Assembly: GCA_030264375.1 (NCBI GenBank)
Contig: JASCQW010000032.1
Coordinates: forward strand, 38,575,229 to 38,639,228
Direction: 5' to 3'
Origin: Carcharhinus longimanus
Taxonomy: Eukaryota
DNA length: 64,000 bases
Positions 62,763-64,000 of the stretch are shown piece by piece. Positions within the stretch are counted from its first letter, which is position 1. Every line of letters starts with the position of its first letter. The notes under the pieces were generated by a model. The model had not been told where the DNA came from. It did no database searches and was given only the letters and a program-made list of their open reading frames with translations. The translations under genes were made by a program, and so were the position numbers.

Positions 62763-64000
62763 TCCTTAGCGTGGCTCAGACCTTTAAATGACCTGATTTC
62801 CATCAGCGAGTGCTATAAAAAAGAGGTACCACTTTAGTTCCCTGATGATCATGCTCTGCAGAGAAAGACTTAAGGAGCTGCTGTGTTGCATATTTGTCAC
62901 TATTTCTCACTTGGAATTCTGAGCAATGTGCAACTCCAAACTTTTTGCACAGTAAGATTGTTTAAAAATCTATTTCTTTGACCCAATTTTCCATCCAATT
63001 CCTTGTTTGCTGTTCATTTTCCTGGTGCCACCTGTAAGATATCATAAGGCTGTTTTTCTACCTTATAGATGGTATGGAAATTTAAGTTATTGTTTCTCAC
63101 TCCAGGTTAGACCAGAAGGAAATGTTTTACATAATCCATTTGTTTATTCAGAACTGAAAACAATCACAGCAGGAGTTCACTGGAATTTCTGCTATGTTTA
63201 AAGCCTCCCACCGTGTATGTAACTTTGCTCCATTGAAAAATGGTTTAAAAGCTGCATCAACACAACATGAATATTTGCCCAGTAGGAGCCCCATGTAGTA
63301 TTGTGTGGAAGGTCAGGAAGATGCCACATTCTTTCATTATTCTGTGCTAAACCAATCTCAGCTTGGCCTGCACCACAGTTTTATTTGTCTCTCTGTGCAA
63401 GTGAAACAGGGTTTTTAAAAATGGGTCAGGGGTGGTATATCTCAATTAGAAATTATCAGGGAGATCTTCCATGCTAATCCTGTGAGCATGCATGAGGATG
63501 GAGTGCCTGAGCCTCATTATACCTTCCGGACAGCTATAAATAAAGGTTGCACCGTGTTACGTCACATTGTTACAATTGAGACAGATAACTTTTAAAATAA
63601 ATTTGAATTTCCAGTTAACATCTGAATAGCACAACAAGATTTCATGTTTTAAGGTGTTTAATATAACAAAAGACTAAAGGCACTATTGTTGTAAAAAAAA
63701 ACCTATACTTTAAACCACAGAAGATAATATTCCCATCTTATTTTTAGTGCAACTGTAAAAACACACTTCACAGGTAGACAATATGTCACACTGGTCTCTG
63801 AATTCTCGCAGAATCCATCCCAAATGATTCTTAGCTTCTGAGGCTTTAATTCTGTTTCTTTTTCCCTTTTCTCAAAATGGTAACCCCGGAACTGTCCTAC
63901 ACAGTAAGAATATTAGTGGGATACTCCCTCTAATGCAAGCTAGGCAAATCTTCCAGCCTCGCTTTAACACTTGACGAATTTGTTCGTTGAGCACAAGCTT

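Overview
Eukaryotic (vertebrate) genomic DNA. The whole window is an internal part of the titin gene (TTN) on the + strand; no start or end of the gene is present. I traced 64 GT-AG exons from 46 to 61990 encoding Ig and fibronectin type III domains. They cover A-band D-zone 7-domain super-repeats (about D3-D6) and C-zone 11-domain super-repeats C1 to part of C11, and include a ~17.1 kb giant exon (29869-46966). By recalled human exon sizes they correspond to human meta-transcript exons 286-349. Intronic HE1-type SINEs, CR1 LINE pieces, Penelope-type remnants and Harbinger-like MITEs indicate a shark. Main points of interest: (1) two in-frame TAA codons in otherwise intact exons (14524 and 56287), most likely assembly errors or a variant allele; (2) a candidate alternative first exon (ATG 15387, donor after 15435) that splices in frame to the next exon and could define an undescribed internal-promoter, Cronos-like C-zone titin; (3) a Penelope hammerhead-ribozyme remnant with a 12-bp target-site duplication. 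Six N-gaps show this is a draft assembly; three affect exons. Human exon numbers and repeat family names come from memory, not from a search.
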